A stretch of DNA of 64,000 bases from Gemmatimonadota bacterium (GTDB lineage: Bacteria > Gemmatimonadota > Gemmatimonadetes > Gemmatimonadales > GWC2-71-9), in assembly GCA_036679605.1 (NCBI GenBank), contig JAZDCZ010000347.1, positions 59,751 to 123,750 of the forward strand. Direction: 5' to 3'. Made by a program: the position numbers and the translations under genes. Positions 1 to 11,000 of this stretch are shown piece by piece. Within the stretch, counting starts at the first letter, position 1, and each line of letters opens with the position of its first letter. The notes beneath the pieces are model-generated. The model was not told the DNA's origin. It saw only the letters and a program-made list of their open reading frames with translations, and did no database searches.

Positions 1-659
1 TACCGCCCGCCATGCGAAACTTCCTAGCGCTGTTGGGCTGGAACCCAGGCGATGATAAAGAACTGTACTTCACGACCGAGGCGCTGATCGATGCGTTCTC
101 GCTCGAACGCGTTCAGAAGAAGGCCGCGATCTTCGATATGACAAAGCTAGAGTGGATGAATGGACAGTACATGAGTCAGTCGCCGCCGGAGGACCTTCAA
201 CCGCTTATCGAGTCGGGATTGAAGGATCACGGAGTCGATAGTACCACTATCGAACGCGCTCGCTTGCTGCGCGCGATCGAGGTGACCGCCGAGCGCGCCC
301 GCACCACGATAGACCTGGCCAAACGCGTCGCGGTGCGGTTCAATCCCGATCTTATCGTGCACAAAGACCCCAAGGCCCACAAGCTGATTACAAACGATCC
401 TGACGGATTCCGGATGGCGCTCCGTGCCGCCGCCGAGCGGTTGACCGCATTGAGCGATGACCGGTGGGAGCCCACAAAATTGGAGACCGAATTGCGAGCA
501 CTTGCGGAGGAGCTGGGATTGGGTGTCGGCAAGGTATTTCAGCCGATCCGCGTCGCTATTACCGGAGAGACCGTTTCCGAGCCGGTGAATTTTCTATTGG
601 AAGTGGTTGGAAAAGAAGAGAGTCTCAGACGGATGGCGGCGGCACAGGACTGGTGCTAG
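1..659 (+). CDS. gltX: Glutamate--tRNA ligase, C-terminal part (5' end outside window)
   Basis: NFLALLGW, FSLERVQKKAAIFDMTKLEWMNGQY and FQPIRVAITG motifs typical of the GluRS C-terminal and anticodon-binding region. Confidence 0.9.
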   Translation, partial: PPAMRNFLALLGWNPGDDKELYFTTEALIDAFSLERVQKKAAIFDMTKLEWMNGQYMSQSPPEDLQPLIESGLKDHGVDSTTIERARLLRAIEVTAERARTTIDLAKRVAVRFNPDLIVHKDPKAHKLITNDPDGFRMALRAAAERLTALSDDRWEPTKLETELRALAEELGLGVGKVFQPIRVAITGETVSEPVNFLLEVVGKEESLRRMAAAQDWC

Positions 660-699
660 GTGGGGCTACTGTTGGGCCGCACTGGGATAGCTCCCGCAT

Positions 700-1089
700 C
701 TACAAGATCTGCCGTGTCACCATTTTCCTGCGGCACTGGGTACAGTGAATTCGGCGCATCGCAACACCCTGCCTGACGATAGCAGGGCCCAGCATAAGAT
801 TACCCTCGCATTCCGGACACCAAACCCCCGCTCCGGGATGCGACATCATACGCCGTACCAGAGACGCCGCCTCCAAAGAGTATATAGCCTGGGGCGGGCG
901 TCTTCGCTCCGGCGAAGCGCGTCGATCCTGAACATTTCGGCGCTCGGCCACCACAGCATGCTGAGCCGTGACTTCACCACCGCGTCGATCTAACGCATGG
1001 CGGCGGTCGTCTGAGGATCGGATGTCTCGAATAAACCTGCGCACTGCACGGCCCTGTAGTTCCTCGAGCAACTCATTCACTGGATGCAA
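700..1089 (-). CDS. Hypothetical protein with C-terminal zinc ribbon
   Basis: 129-aa ORF with CPEC...CTQC pairs; AGGAG SD upstream of the ATG. Confidence 0.6.
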   Translation of the reverse strand: MHPVNELLEELQGRAVRRFIRDIRSSDDRRHALDRRGGEVTAQHAVVAERRNVQDRRASPERRRPPQAIYSLEAASLVRRMMSHPGAGVWCPECEGNLMLGPAIVRQGVAMRRIHCTQCRRKMVTRQIL

Positions 1090-1348
1090 GATTCACTCCT
1101 GTCGTGCCTGCATTTAGCTTGATCCCAAACCCGGTGCGATCGAACGTGGCTGCATATAGTAACGAAAATACAGGTCCTCCCAATAGCATGTGGCCTGGAG
1201 TTGAGATGTTGCCGAGATGAAAAGTGTACTGGAAGCGGCCAGGGCGCCACCTATTGGAATTCCTGGATCGGTGTGTGCGTGACGACTGCAGCCATTCCCA
1301 GCCTCAGGCCAGGAACGGCGTTCTCAAGTACGCGCCTCTTCGGACTGG

Positions 1349-1840
1349 CTAGCCCAAAAGGCCGTGATCACGCAGAGATTGCCGTAGAGCAGGGCGGGCA
1401 CGCCATAGGTAGTAGCCCATGCAGATCGCCGCAATGAGATTTCCGACTGCTACGTTGGCCCACGCCAATGCGGCCAGCAGAGGAGTGAACATCAGCGCAA
1501 CTACTCCATTGAACCCGAATTCGAACACGATGAAGAACTCGATCAACAACCACAGCGCACCAGGAGATTTCTCAGCCTCGGCGATCATGGCGGAAGCCAC
1601 AGTGCCAACGAAGAGAAAGACGAGTACGTGCATTGCCGTATACATAGAAACAGACTGGAAGCTGATGCTGACCGTTGCGGGGTCGCGAAGCCCAAAGAAC
1701 ACAGCCGACCCCAAAACAGCGGGGGTAAAAAACGGTCGGCCCGCTATCACGTCGACAATGAGAAACCAACCCGCCACCGCGCCCGCCCCAATCAGGCCAG
1801 CGATGAACCCTTCCCGTACAATACGTTGGCGTGTCAACAT
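1349..1840 (-). CDS. Hypothetical integral membrane protein at end of nar operon
   Basis: About four hydrophobic segments; overlaps the narK stop codon. Confidence 0.7.
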   Translation of the reverse strand: MLTRQRIVREGFIAGLIGAGAVAGWFLIVDVIAGRPFFTPAVLGSAVFFGLRDPATVSISFQSVSMYTAMHVLVFLFVGTVASAMIAEAEKSPGALWLLIEFFIVFEFGFNGVVALMFTPLLAALAWANVAVGNLIAAICMGYYLWRARPALRQSLRDHGLLG

Positions 1841-3402
1841 GGGATCTCAGCTTTCTTCCGAGCGTAGAACCACCAATTCACAGCAAGGCAGGTCACATAG
1901 TAGCCGGCGAAGCCGTACAATGCATACTCGGGCGTGCCCGCCGATATCTGCCCACCGAAAATACGCGGAATCAGAAAGGCGCCATACGCCGCCACCGCCG
2001 ATGTCCAGCCGAGCACGGGGCCGGCGAATTCCGGCTTGAAGATGATCGGGATCATGCGGAAGGTCGACCCGTTACCGATACCGGTGGCTATGAATAGCAC
2101 TAGGAATAGGAAGAAGAATGGCCACCAATACGCTTCCGGCGTCGCTGTGGCCCCTGCCGCCTTGACAAAGTAGGCTACGCCAAGCGCCGAAGCAATCATG
2201 ATCACGGTATCCCAGTGTGTCACACGGGCACCACCGAGCTTGTCCGAAAGCCACCCTCCCACTGGCCTCACTAGCGACCCAACCAACGGGCCCAACCAGG
2301 CATATGCAAGTGGATTCGGTGCGTTGGGATTGAGCGAACCGTCGGGAAGCGAGCCGAATACATCCTGGATGAGTTTGGGAAACGCCGCCGAGTATCCGAT
2401 GAAGGATCCAAAGGTCATCGTGTAGAGCCACGTCATGACCCAGTTGTGTTTCTTGCGAAAAATAACGAACTGGTGAACCAGGTTTTCGCGGACTGGGCCC
2501 GGCGTCACATATCGCATCACAAGTAGTGTGACGCAAATGGTTATGGCGAGCACGGCAAACACCTTCACCAGATCTGGAAGTCCGAATGTTGGGCCTAGCA
2601 GCAAGCCGATGCCAACTGCAGCCCCAAACAAACCCAACGTTTCGAGCCATAGCATCTTCCCAATGGCGACCGATGCTGGCCCAACTCGATGCATCGGCAG
2701 GTTGTTCATGAAGAGAAACGCCAGCACGGAGAACACTGCAAGTGCCGGCACCCAGATCAACCCGCTGTTCTGGATCCAGATAGTTGCGCCACCGAGTTCC
2801 GCCGGCAACTGGCTACCGTCACCGCTCAGTGCTCCGAACACGGCGAATGTCATCACCCACGGCAGGAGCACCTGCATCACGCTCACGCCGAGATTCCCAA
2901 GGCCGGCGTTCAAACCGAGCGACAGCCCTTGCATCCGTTTCGGAAAGAAAAAGCTGATATTCGACATTGACGAAGCAAACGCACCTCCGCCGAAGCCACT
3001 CAGAGCCGCAAGTAGAGCGAAGATCGTATAACTCGTCTGCGGACTCTGTAGGGCAACGCCGACGCCGGCTGCAGGCACAATCAGGAGCGCGGTCGTCACC
3101 GCAATGACGTTTCGCCCACCTGAGATAGCGATCATGAACGAATTGGGAATCCTAAGTGTCGCGCCTACGAGTCCAGCGATGGCGGGAAGCGTATACAGCT
3201 GGGTCTTGGAGAAACTGAACCCTAGATTCTCCATTTGTACAATGATGATGGACCAATAGAGCCAGATCGCAAATGCGAACAGGAGGCACGGTATCGAAAT
3301 CAAGAGATTTCGAAACGCGATCTTGCTACCGCGGCTCCGCCAGAACTCGTTCTCCTCTACCTCCCACTCTACGATCGCACCACGGTGCTGTACACCGGAC
3401 AT
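1834..3402 (-). CDS. narK: MFS nitrate/nitrite transporter (NarK family)
   Basis: WEVEENEFW N-terminus, GGGAFASSMSNISFFFPK and TGIGNGSTFRMIP NarK signatures. Confidence 0.92.
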   Translation of the reverse strand: MSGVQHRGAIVEWEVEENEFWRSRGSKIAFRNLLISIPCLLFAFAIWLYWSIIIVQMENLGFSFSKTQLYTLPAIAGLVGATLRIPNSFMIAISGGRNVIAVTTALLIVPAAGVGVALQSPQTSYTIFALLAALSGFGGGAFASSMSNISFFFPKRMQGLSLGLNAGLGNLGVSVMQVLLPWVMTFAVFGALSGDGSQLPAELGGATIWIQNSGLIWVPALAVFSVLAFLFMNNLPMHRVGPASVAIGKMLWLETLGLFGAAVGIGLLLGPTFGLPDLVKVFAVLAITICVTLLVMRYVTPGPVRENLVHQFVIFRKKHNWVMTWLYTMTFGSFIGYSAAFPKLIQDVFGSLPDGSLNPNAPNPLAYAWLGPLVGSLVRPVGGWLSDKLGGARVTHWDTVIMIASALGVAYFVKAAGATATPEAYWWPFFFLFLVLFIATGIGNGSTFRMIPIIFKPEFAGPVLGWTSAVAAYGAFLIPRIFGGQISAGTPEYALYGFAGYYVTCLAVNWWFYARKKAEIPC

Positions 3403-3466
3403 CTCGGTCTCCTTAGTTACTTCTGTTGACGACTAGGGTGGAAGCTCATCGATAACGCCGAGTGAT

Positions 3467-4999
3467 CTAGTTCCTGCTTGCTGCCGTCGCCATGTCATGT
3501 ACCATGGGTCCATCAGCCTCGATTGCAGTCGCCAGCCCCGGAGCAGCCGCATGCAAAATGCGTCGAACGACTACAGTCAGCCAGACGAGGCAGGCAATCG
3601 ACACGGCGAAAAGAAACATCCAGGTAGTAGTCCACAATCCGAATCCGTCGAGCATGTAGCCGAAGACGATGGGACACACGAAACCACCGAGGCCACCTAG
3701 CACCCCTACAAGACCGCCGACCACACCGACATCATCTGGGAAGAAGTCAGGGATGTACTTGTAGACAGCCGCCTTCCCGATACCCATAGCGATGCCGATT
3801 ATGAAGACCAACGCCGTAAAGATCCACACGTTGGCTTGGAAATAAATGTGCGTGACACCACGAGCAACAAGTTGCTTCTTGCTAACCGGGTCCCCCACAT
3901 CTACGATCGGTTCCTGCCACGTGGTGATAACGGGAAGGACTAGCGCCTGACTCTCGGTGTATGTTTTGAGCGCGTCGCCGTTAGCTTTGAGTGGGTAGTC
4001 TCGGTCATCAATCGTAATGACGTCGGCCGACACGTCAGTTACTGTGCCCGCACGCGCGGCCATCACACCACGTCCCGGTGATTCGATGTCCATTTTCGGA
4101 AAGATCAACAGCAGACAACAAACAGCAATGACGGAGAGAACAGAATAAAGGACTTTCCGGGGCCCAACCAGATCCGACATCCATCCGCCCAGCGCGCGGA
4201 TGAGACTTGACGGGAGTGAAAAGATGGACGTCATCAACCCGGCCATGATGATCGTCATGCCGTAGACGTTCAGATAGTATGGCACTAGCCACTGCGCAAG
4301 GGCGACGAATCCGCCGAACACAAGGAAATAGTACAGCCCAAATCGCCATACCCGCATATGCTTGAGCGGTGCAAGCAACTGTCGCACTGTCTTCGACTCA
4401 GCCCCCTTCGGTTTCTTGTTCTTGGTTCCCAGGAAGAAGATGATTGCCATGACCACGAGCGCGGTCGCGTATATAGTCGGCAAGGTGCGCCATCCCTCGA
4501 GGTTCGCACCATCACCTGTAAGAGACCCCAACAGCGTTGGCGCACCAAGCGTCGTCAACGCGGCTCCTGCATTCCCTGCGCCGAAGATGCCGAGCGCCGT
4601 ACCCTGGCGGCTCCGCGCGAACCAGACCGAGGTAAACGCAATTCCCACTGCGAACGAGCCACCCGTTAGTCCGAAACCCAGACTGCAGAGAAGAAACCCT
4701 CTATACGTGTCGACATGGCCAAGCAGGTACATGGGTACTGTGGCAGCCAACATGAGGACGGTGTAAATCGGCCTGCCACCGAATTTGTCGGTGAGGATGC
4801 CCAGTGGCAGACGTGTAAGCGAACCGGTCAGTACGGGAATACCGATGAGCAAACCCATCTGGCTCGCCGTCCAGTCGAACACCTGGTTGTCGAGCAGGAA
4901 GGTAACGAGCACACCATTTAGCATCCACGCTGCAAAGCAGACGGTGAAGGCCACCGTGTTGAGCGTTAGCGCAACGTTTGCCCTACCTTTATCGGTCAC
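3467..4999 (-). CDS. narK: MFS nitrate/nitrite transporter (NarK1-like) with an inserted soluble domain
   Basis: GGSFAVGIAFTSVWF...QGTALGIFGAGNAG nitrate signature; GIGKAAVYKYIPDFFP. Confidence 0.88.
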   Translation of the reverse strand: MTDKGRANVALTLNTVAFTVCFAAWMLNGVLVTFLLDNQVFDWTASQMGLLIGIPVLTGSLTRLPLGILTDKFGGRPIYTVLMLAATVPMYLLGHVDTYRGFLLCSLGFGLTGGSFAVGIAFTSVWFARSRQGTALGIFGAGNAGAALTTLGAPTLLGSLTGDGANLEGWRTLPTIYATALVVMAIIFFLGTKNKKPKGAESKTVRQLLAPLKHMRVWRFGLYYFLVFGGFVALAQWLVPYYLNVYGMTIIMAGLMTSIFSLPSSLIRALGGWMSDLVGPRKVLYSVLSVIAVCCLLLIFPKMDIESPGRGVMAARAGTVTDVSADVITIDDRDYPLKANGDALKTYTESQALVLPVITTWQEPIVDVGDPVSKKQLVARGVTHIYFQANVWIFTALVFIIGIAMGIGKAAVYKYIPDFFPDDVGVVGGLVGVLGGLGGFVCPIVFGYMLDGFGLWTTTWMFLFAVSIACLVWLTVVVRRILHAAAPGLATAIEADGPMVHDMATAASRN

Positions 5000-5024
5000 A
5001 GTTCTTTCGCTCCCTACTTAGTCG

Positions 5025-5747
5025 CTACTCGGGCCGCGCTTTGCTCCACGGCGTACGCGGGTCACGAATCGCCTTGCGATCCCAGTTCCACATGACCTGC
5101 TGATAGGGCCGCACGATATAGTTCAACGGTGCCACTAGAAAATGCACGAGCCGCGTAAACGGAATCATGAAGAGAATCGCAAACGCACCTACAATGTGTA
5201 GCTTGATTACCCATGGCAGAGCGAAGACCGCCGCAGTCTCGGGTCTCAGCGTCACAAGTGACCATAGGTACGGTGATAGATCGGCCGCGAACCACGAAGA
5301 GCCCCATCGGAATCCAAGAGCGATCCAGCATCCGAGCACCACTTGGGTCAGCACGAGCAACTCGATTGCTATATCCATCTTGGTTGTCACTGCACGGATG
5401 CGTGGGTTGGTAAGCCGCCGGAACATCAGTGCGCCAAGTCCGACCAGCACGCTTAACCCGAACACGAAGGCCGTCACCTCGAGAATGATTAGCCGGATTG
5501 GAATGCTGTTCCAGCCGAGCGTTGCGCCCGGCAGCATGAATGCAACTAGATGCCCAACGAACACCACCAGAATCCCGATGTGGAATGGGACTGTGCCCCA
5601 AAAGAGCCTATTGCCCTCGAGAAATTGTGATGAGAGCGACGAAACCGTGAAGCCCTCCTGCCGGTGGCGGTAAACCGCACCAAATACGAAGACAATGAGC
5701 GCCACGTACGGAAACGCGACGAAGAGAAACGTGTTCAGTGCGTTCAT
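5025..5747 (-). CDS. narI: Respiratory nitrate reductase gamma subunit (cytochrome b)
   Basis: SSLSSQFLE, FHIGILVVFVGH, KLHIVGAF, PFTRLVH motifs. Confidence 0.95.
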   Translation of the reverse strand: MNALNTFLFVAFPYVALIVFVFGAVYRHRQEGFTVSSLSSQFLEGNRLFWGTVPFHIGILVVFVGHLVAFMLPGATLGWNSIPIRLIILEVTAFVFGLSVLVGLGALMFRRLTNPRIRAVTTKMDIAIELLVLTQVVLGCWIALGFRWGSSWFAADLSPYLWSLVTLRPETAAVFALPWVIKLHIVGAFAILFMIPFTRLVHFLVAPLNYIVRPYQQVMWNWDRKAIRDPRTPWSKARPE

Positions 5748-6466
5748 AGCATCCTCCCCGACGCAGCGGGTCGGCCTTCGTTGGCTTCGATATCAAGTTC
5801 GCGCCCGATCGAGCGCAAAAAGTCGTTATCCTGCTCCGGAGGTTTCCATTCGGAGAGACCAAAGTCTTCCTTGAGCACTTCCAGAACAGCCACCAGCGCT
5901 CCTCGGAAGATGGTGCCCCGCTCCGCAGAAGAGGCGATCAGCGTCTTGAAGTGTTTCTTGTACAACCCATCGCGCTGTTTCATGCGTTGGGGTCCGAACT
6001 CGGCTATCATCATTTCAAGCGCCGGATGCAGAACCTCCTCGACAAACTCCACTACCAGATCACGGTCCTGCCACTTGGCAAGCAAACGCAGCACGTTCGG
6101 CAAGTGGTCCGAGAGTTCGCTACCGCAGGCGAGGCCGGCCTCGCGGTGTTCGCGGTTCAGATTGACTAGAAGCTCACCTCTCTTGTAGTCGTCCCCGAAC
6201 ATGACGTATCCCACACCGAGGGTGGTGATCGATTGGACGTCAAACGACCTTGTGAAGATCTCCTGTATCTGGTCCAGGGCTTCCACCGATAAAGTGTCGC
6301 CCTCAGACGGTAACCCCTTCGCGAAAGCCTTGAGTTCGGTGACAGCGACCGGATAACCCTCCTCGAGGAGTTCACAGATCTGCTTGACCTGGGCGGAGTA
6401 ATCACTCCGCGGGTAGTCGAAGAGGCCGGCTAATCGCTCATAATGAGTCAGCGTTTGCATTCTCAT
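5744..6466 (-). CDS. narJ: Nitrate reductase molybdenum cofactor assembly chaperone
   Basis: LFDYP, FTRSFD, FGDDYKRG, ELSDHLPNVL motifs; lies between narH and narI. Confidence 0.88.
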   Translation of the reverse strand: MRMQTLTHYERLAGLFDYPRSDYSAQVKQICELLEEGYPVAVTELKAFAKGLPSEGDTLSVEALDQIQEIFTRSFDVQSITTLGVGYVMFGDDYKRGELLVNLNREHREAGLACGSELSDHLPNVLRLLAKWQDRDLVVEFVEEVLHPALEMMIAEFGPQRMKQRDGLYKKHFKTLIASSAERGTIFRGALVAVLEVLKEDFGLSEWKPPEQDNDFLRSIGRELDIEANEGRPAASGRML

Positions 6467-8016
6467 GCTCCCCTCTTAGCAGACTCGGCCTTGAATCCGA
6501 AGCCGGTATTGCCCTTCACATCGCCGGTGAACTCCATCATCTCGATCGCCTGCTCACGGTGTGCTGCAGGTATTACGAAGCGATCGTCGAAGGTGGCTAG
6601 TGACGTCAGGTAGTAGATATCGTCTGCCAGTTGGGGGGTCAGACCGGTGTCGGCCAGTGCAGCATCCACGGTCCCTTCCTTCACATCACCCACAGTCACC
6701 TGCCGCCGGTGTAGCCGCACCGCCATGAGCTTCTTGAGCCGGTCCGCCACCTCCGTAGTGTCACCGTCACTGAAGAGGTTAGCCATGTACTTGAGTGGGA
6801 AGCGTGCGTCGTCAATGGTCCCGAAGAGTTCCTCGGTACTCGTGTCGTAGAGCCAGCTGTCCGGCCAATGTTTTGCCACGGGGTTCATCTTCTCCGATTG
6901 CTCACTGTTGTCCACATCAGTTACCGATGCCATGACCGGTAGCAGCGGTGGAACGTAGAACAGCATTGGGAGAGTTCTGAATTCCGGATGCAAAGGAAGC
7001 GCCAGCTTCCATACCTTGACGAACTTGTACGCCGGCGACTTTTGGGCTGCATCGATCGTAGAGTCTGCTATCCCGTTGCTCTTTGCCGAAGCAATGACCT
7101 CGGGGTCGAAGGGATCGAGAATCATATCCATCTGTCGACTCATCACTTCGGAATCCTCGGCCGATGCTACGCTTTCGATCTGATCGGCATCGTAGAGCAT
7201 TACTCCGAGGTAACGAATGCGCCCAACGCACGAGTGCATGCACGCCGGTGCATGACCCGCTTCGATACGGGGGTAGCACAGAATGCACTTTTCAGACTTG
7301 CCAGTGCTCCAGTTGTAGTAGGTCTTCTTGTAAGGGCACGCTGTGACGCACATCCGCCAACCACGGCACACTGACTGATTGACGAGTACGATCCCATCTT
7401 CTCCTCGCTTGTAAATAGCACCCGAAGGACACGAGGCAACGCACGCTGGATTGAGGCAGTGGTTGCAAATCCGCGGGAGGTAGAAGAACGCCATCCGCTC
7501 CAGCTGGAACATGGCTTCCCTCTCGGCAGGAGAGAGGTTCTCGAGATTGGGGTCGTTGCGAGCGTAGTCTGGCGAACCACTCAGGTCGTCGTCCCAGTTC
7601 GGCCCCATCTTGATGTCCATCGGTTCACCGGTGATCATCGAGACCGGGCGGGCGGTAGGTTGGTCATCGCCGGCAGGTGACTCGATTAGATCGAGGTACT
7701 TGTACGTGAACGGCTCGTAGTAATCGTCGATCACAGGCAGGTGGGGATTGTGGAAAATATTGGAAAGGCTCTTTGGCTTGCCAGCGCCTTTTAGGTTTAC
7801 CCCCTTCCCATTCTTTTCCCAGCCACCCTTGTAGATCTCCTGATTCTCCCACTTGCCCGGATAGCCCGTACCGGGCTTGGTCTCCACGTTGTTCCACCAC
7901 ATGTACTCGGCGCCTTTACGGTCGGTCCAAATGTTCTTGCACGCGATCGAACAAGTGTGACAACCAATGCACTTATCGAGGTGAAACACCATTGAAATCT
8001 GCGAACGAATATCCAT
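6463..8016 (-). CDS. narH: Respiratory nitrate reductase beta subunit (Fe-S)
   Basis: LDKCIGCHTCSIACKN, LPRICNHCLNPACVASCPSGA, CRGWRMC, LPLHPEFRTLPM. Confidence 0.97.
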   Translation of the reverse strand: MDIRSQISMVFHLDKCIGCHTCSIACKNIWTDRKGAEYMWWNNVETKPGTGYPGKWENQEIYKGGWEKNGKGVNLKGAGKPKSLSNIFHNPHLPVIDDYYEPFTYKYLDLIESPAGDDQPTARPVSMITGEPMDIKMGPNWDDDLSGSPDYARNDPNLENLSPAEREAMFQLERMAFFYLPRICNHCLNPACVASCPSGAIYKRGEDGIVLVNQSVCRGWRMCVTACPYKKTYYNWSTGKSEKCILCYPRIEAGHAPACMHSCVGRIRYLGVMLYDADQIESVASAEDSEVMSRQMDMILDPFDPEVIASAKSNGIADSTIDAAQKSPAYKFVKVWKLALPLHPEFRTLPMLFYVPPLLPVMASVTDVDNSEQSEKMNPVAKHWPDSWLYDTSTEELFGTIDDARFPLKYMANLFSDGDTTEVADRLKKLMAVRLHRRQVTVGDVKEGTVDAALADTGLTPQLADDIYYLTSLATFDDRFVIPAAHREQAIEMMEFTGDVKGNTGFGFKAESAKRGA

Positions 8017-8052
8017 CTCAGGTCTCCAGTCCTTTGCACGAACCTTGAATCA

Positions 8053-11000
8053 TCAGAACACCACCTTGTCCATTCGTTTGACCACAACGTGGGTATCCCG
8101 GTTCGGTGCAATTGGTCCCCAGTAGTTGAAGTGGTAAGTGAACTGCCCGTAACCGCCGGCGAGGAAGTTGGGCTTGAGGTGAATGCGCGTGAAACTGTTG
8201 TGCCCACCCGCCCGCTTGCCGCCGCGCACCTGTGACTTAGGAATTCCAACCGTGCGCTCCGGAACGTGGTACACGATGCAGACGCCTTTTGGGATTCTGG
8301 CGCTGACGCAAGCGCGCGCACAGTAGACACCGTGGTCATTGTAGACCTCACACCAATCATTATCCTGGATGCCCAGTTCAGCAGCGTCTACCTCGCTCAG
8401 CCATACTGGCTCGCAACCCCGAGACAGCGTCAGCATCCTATGGTTTTCCATGTAGGTGGAGTGGATGTGCCACTTTCCGTGCGGAGTGAGACAGTTCAAG
8501 ATTCTCGCATCCCCGTCCTTGAGTGTTTGTTTGAGATCGCCGTATGCCTCCGGCTTGGGCGAAGGCTTGTAGGTTGGGAGGTTTTCTCCGTACGCGAGGT
8601 ACATCTCGTGATCGAGATAGAAGTGCTGGCGACCCGTCAGGGTCCGCCAGGGAACCAGCTTCTCGATGTTGTAGGTGTAGGCAGAGTAAGCCCTCCCACC
8701 GTTCATCACACCTGACCACAGCGGAGATGTGTTGTATCGGCGTGGCTGTGCCTGCAGATCAGCGTAACGGATCAGAAGATCTTTGCTACCGGCCCCCAGG
8801 TCGACCAAATCCAAACCCGTCCTCTTCTCCGCATCCTCGTAGGCGCGTACGTTGAGTACGCCGTTGGTCAGCGTAGAGAGATGCAGCACTACATTGGCTG
8901 CCCGTAGAGAGATGCAGCACTACATTGGCTGCCCACTCATCTTCCTTCAACGATGGGTAGACGTTGCCGTTCTCACGTTCTACCGGGAAGTGGTTGGACA
9001 CCACCATCTCGTCATATGCGTCGGCACATTGGTAGTGGTTTCCGTGCGCACCGAGTCCGGAGGTCCGGATGCGATCACCTAGAGTGATGTACTTGTCATA
9101 GAGTTTTGTGTAGTCACGGTCCACGACGGTCAGGCTGTGCGTCGTCTTGCCTGGAATGGCTTCACACTCGCCATGGTACCAGTCCTTAATGACGGTCTGC
9201 GAGATTTCGCCTGCAGAATCGTGCGCGATCGGAGCTGCGACAATGTCCTTCTGTGGCTCTGGAAAGTATTTCGCCGCTGCCTCACTGGTTACCTTCGCCA
9301 AGTCACGGAAGATGTTCCAGTCTGTCTTCGATTCCCATACCGGTGCGATCGCCGCCGACAGTGGGTGGATAAACGAATGAAGGTCTGTGCTATTCAGGTC
9401 CGCCTTCTCATACCATGATGCCGCAGGTAGCACGATGTCGGAGTAAAGAGCAGACGAGTCCATCCGGAAGTTCAGATCCACGATTAGATCCATTTTCCCG
9501 ACTGGAGCTACATCGTGCCACTTCACTTCACTGGTGTGGTCCTCTGAGTCTTCGGCAATCAGGTTGTTGTGTGTGCCGAGATAGTGTTTGAGGGCATACT
9601 CGTGCCCCTTCATGCTTCCCATGATGGCGTTGCCCCGCCAGATGTACCAGACGCGTGGGAAGTTGTGTTCGGCTTCCGGTTCACTCACAGAATACTTCAG
9701 TTTTTTGCTCGTGAGTTTATTCAGTACGTATCGCTTGATACCATCGTCATCCTTTGCCCCGTTCTCCACAGCTTCCTTGCACAGATCCAATGTGTTCTGG
9801 TCAAACTGCGGATAGAACGGCATCCATCCCATGCGAACCGATTTGAAAATCTGATCGGCCGTATGTTGCTTTGTCATCTCATTGTCAGGAACCGTATTGT
9901 ACTTGGAGAACTGTCCGTCATAGCGGTATTGGCACGTGTTCATGTAGTGCCATATGGGAGCCTGCTGGAGTCGGACCGCAGATTGGTGATCTTTGCCAAA
10001 GGCGATCGCACCCCAAGAATCCACTGGTGCGAGCTTCTCCTGCCCGACATAGTGATTGAGCCCACCGCCATTCTTACCGATACAACCGGTGAGCATCAGG
10101 GCCATCGCCCCGGCCCGATAAATCAGGTTGGAGTGATACCAGTGATTGATGCCCGCACCGATAATGATCATGCACTTGCCATCTGTGGCAGCGGCGGTGT
10201 TCGCCCACTCACGCGCGAACTGGATCACGGTGGCTGAGGCAACTCCCGTGAAGAGTTCCTGCCACGCCGGCGTGTATGCTGCCTCTTTGTCCGTGTAGTC
10301 TTGCGGGTAGTCGCCAGGGAGACCCCGACCCACTCCATACTGAGCCATCGTGAGATCGTAGACCGTGGTTACCGTCACAGGACCGTCGGTAGTTTCCAAC
10401 TGCATCACGGGTACGCCACGATACACCGTATTATCGAGTCCGTATTCAGTGAAGCCCGTCAGTACGGACTCATCGGATCGTCCGAGCAGCGTGAGAACTG
10501 GATCGTAAGGCTGATCGTCAACTACGCTCTCCGGCTTCATGTTCCAGTTGCCCTGTTTTTTGTCCCATCGTGACCCCGAACTCCCCTTGGGCACCACCAA
10601 CTTGCCGGTCTTGGCGTCGATGTTGAGGAACTTCCACTCGCCGTTCGACACATCCTTGTACTCGGAAATCTCCGACGCGCGGAGTAGCCGCCCCGGCTTG
10701 TAATGCTCCCCATCCTTCTCGAGTTTTACCAAGTACGGACTATCTGTGTACTTCTTGACGTAGTCGATGAAGTAGGGTGTCTGTTTCTCGTGGTGGAACT
10801 CCTTTAGGATCACGTGAGTCGTGGCCATCCAAAAAGCACCGTCACTCCCCGCGTGGAGAGGCACCCACTGGTCGGCATACTTGCAGACCTGACTGAAGTC
10901 GGGTGAGAAGACCACCGCCTTTGTCCCGTTGTGGCGAGACTCGGCGAAGAAGTGACAGTCTGGTGTGCGCGTCATATTGAGGCACGCGCCCATGTCGGCA

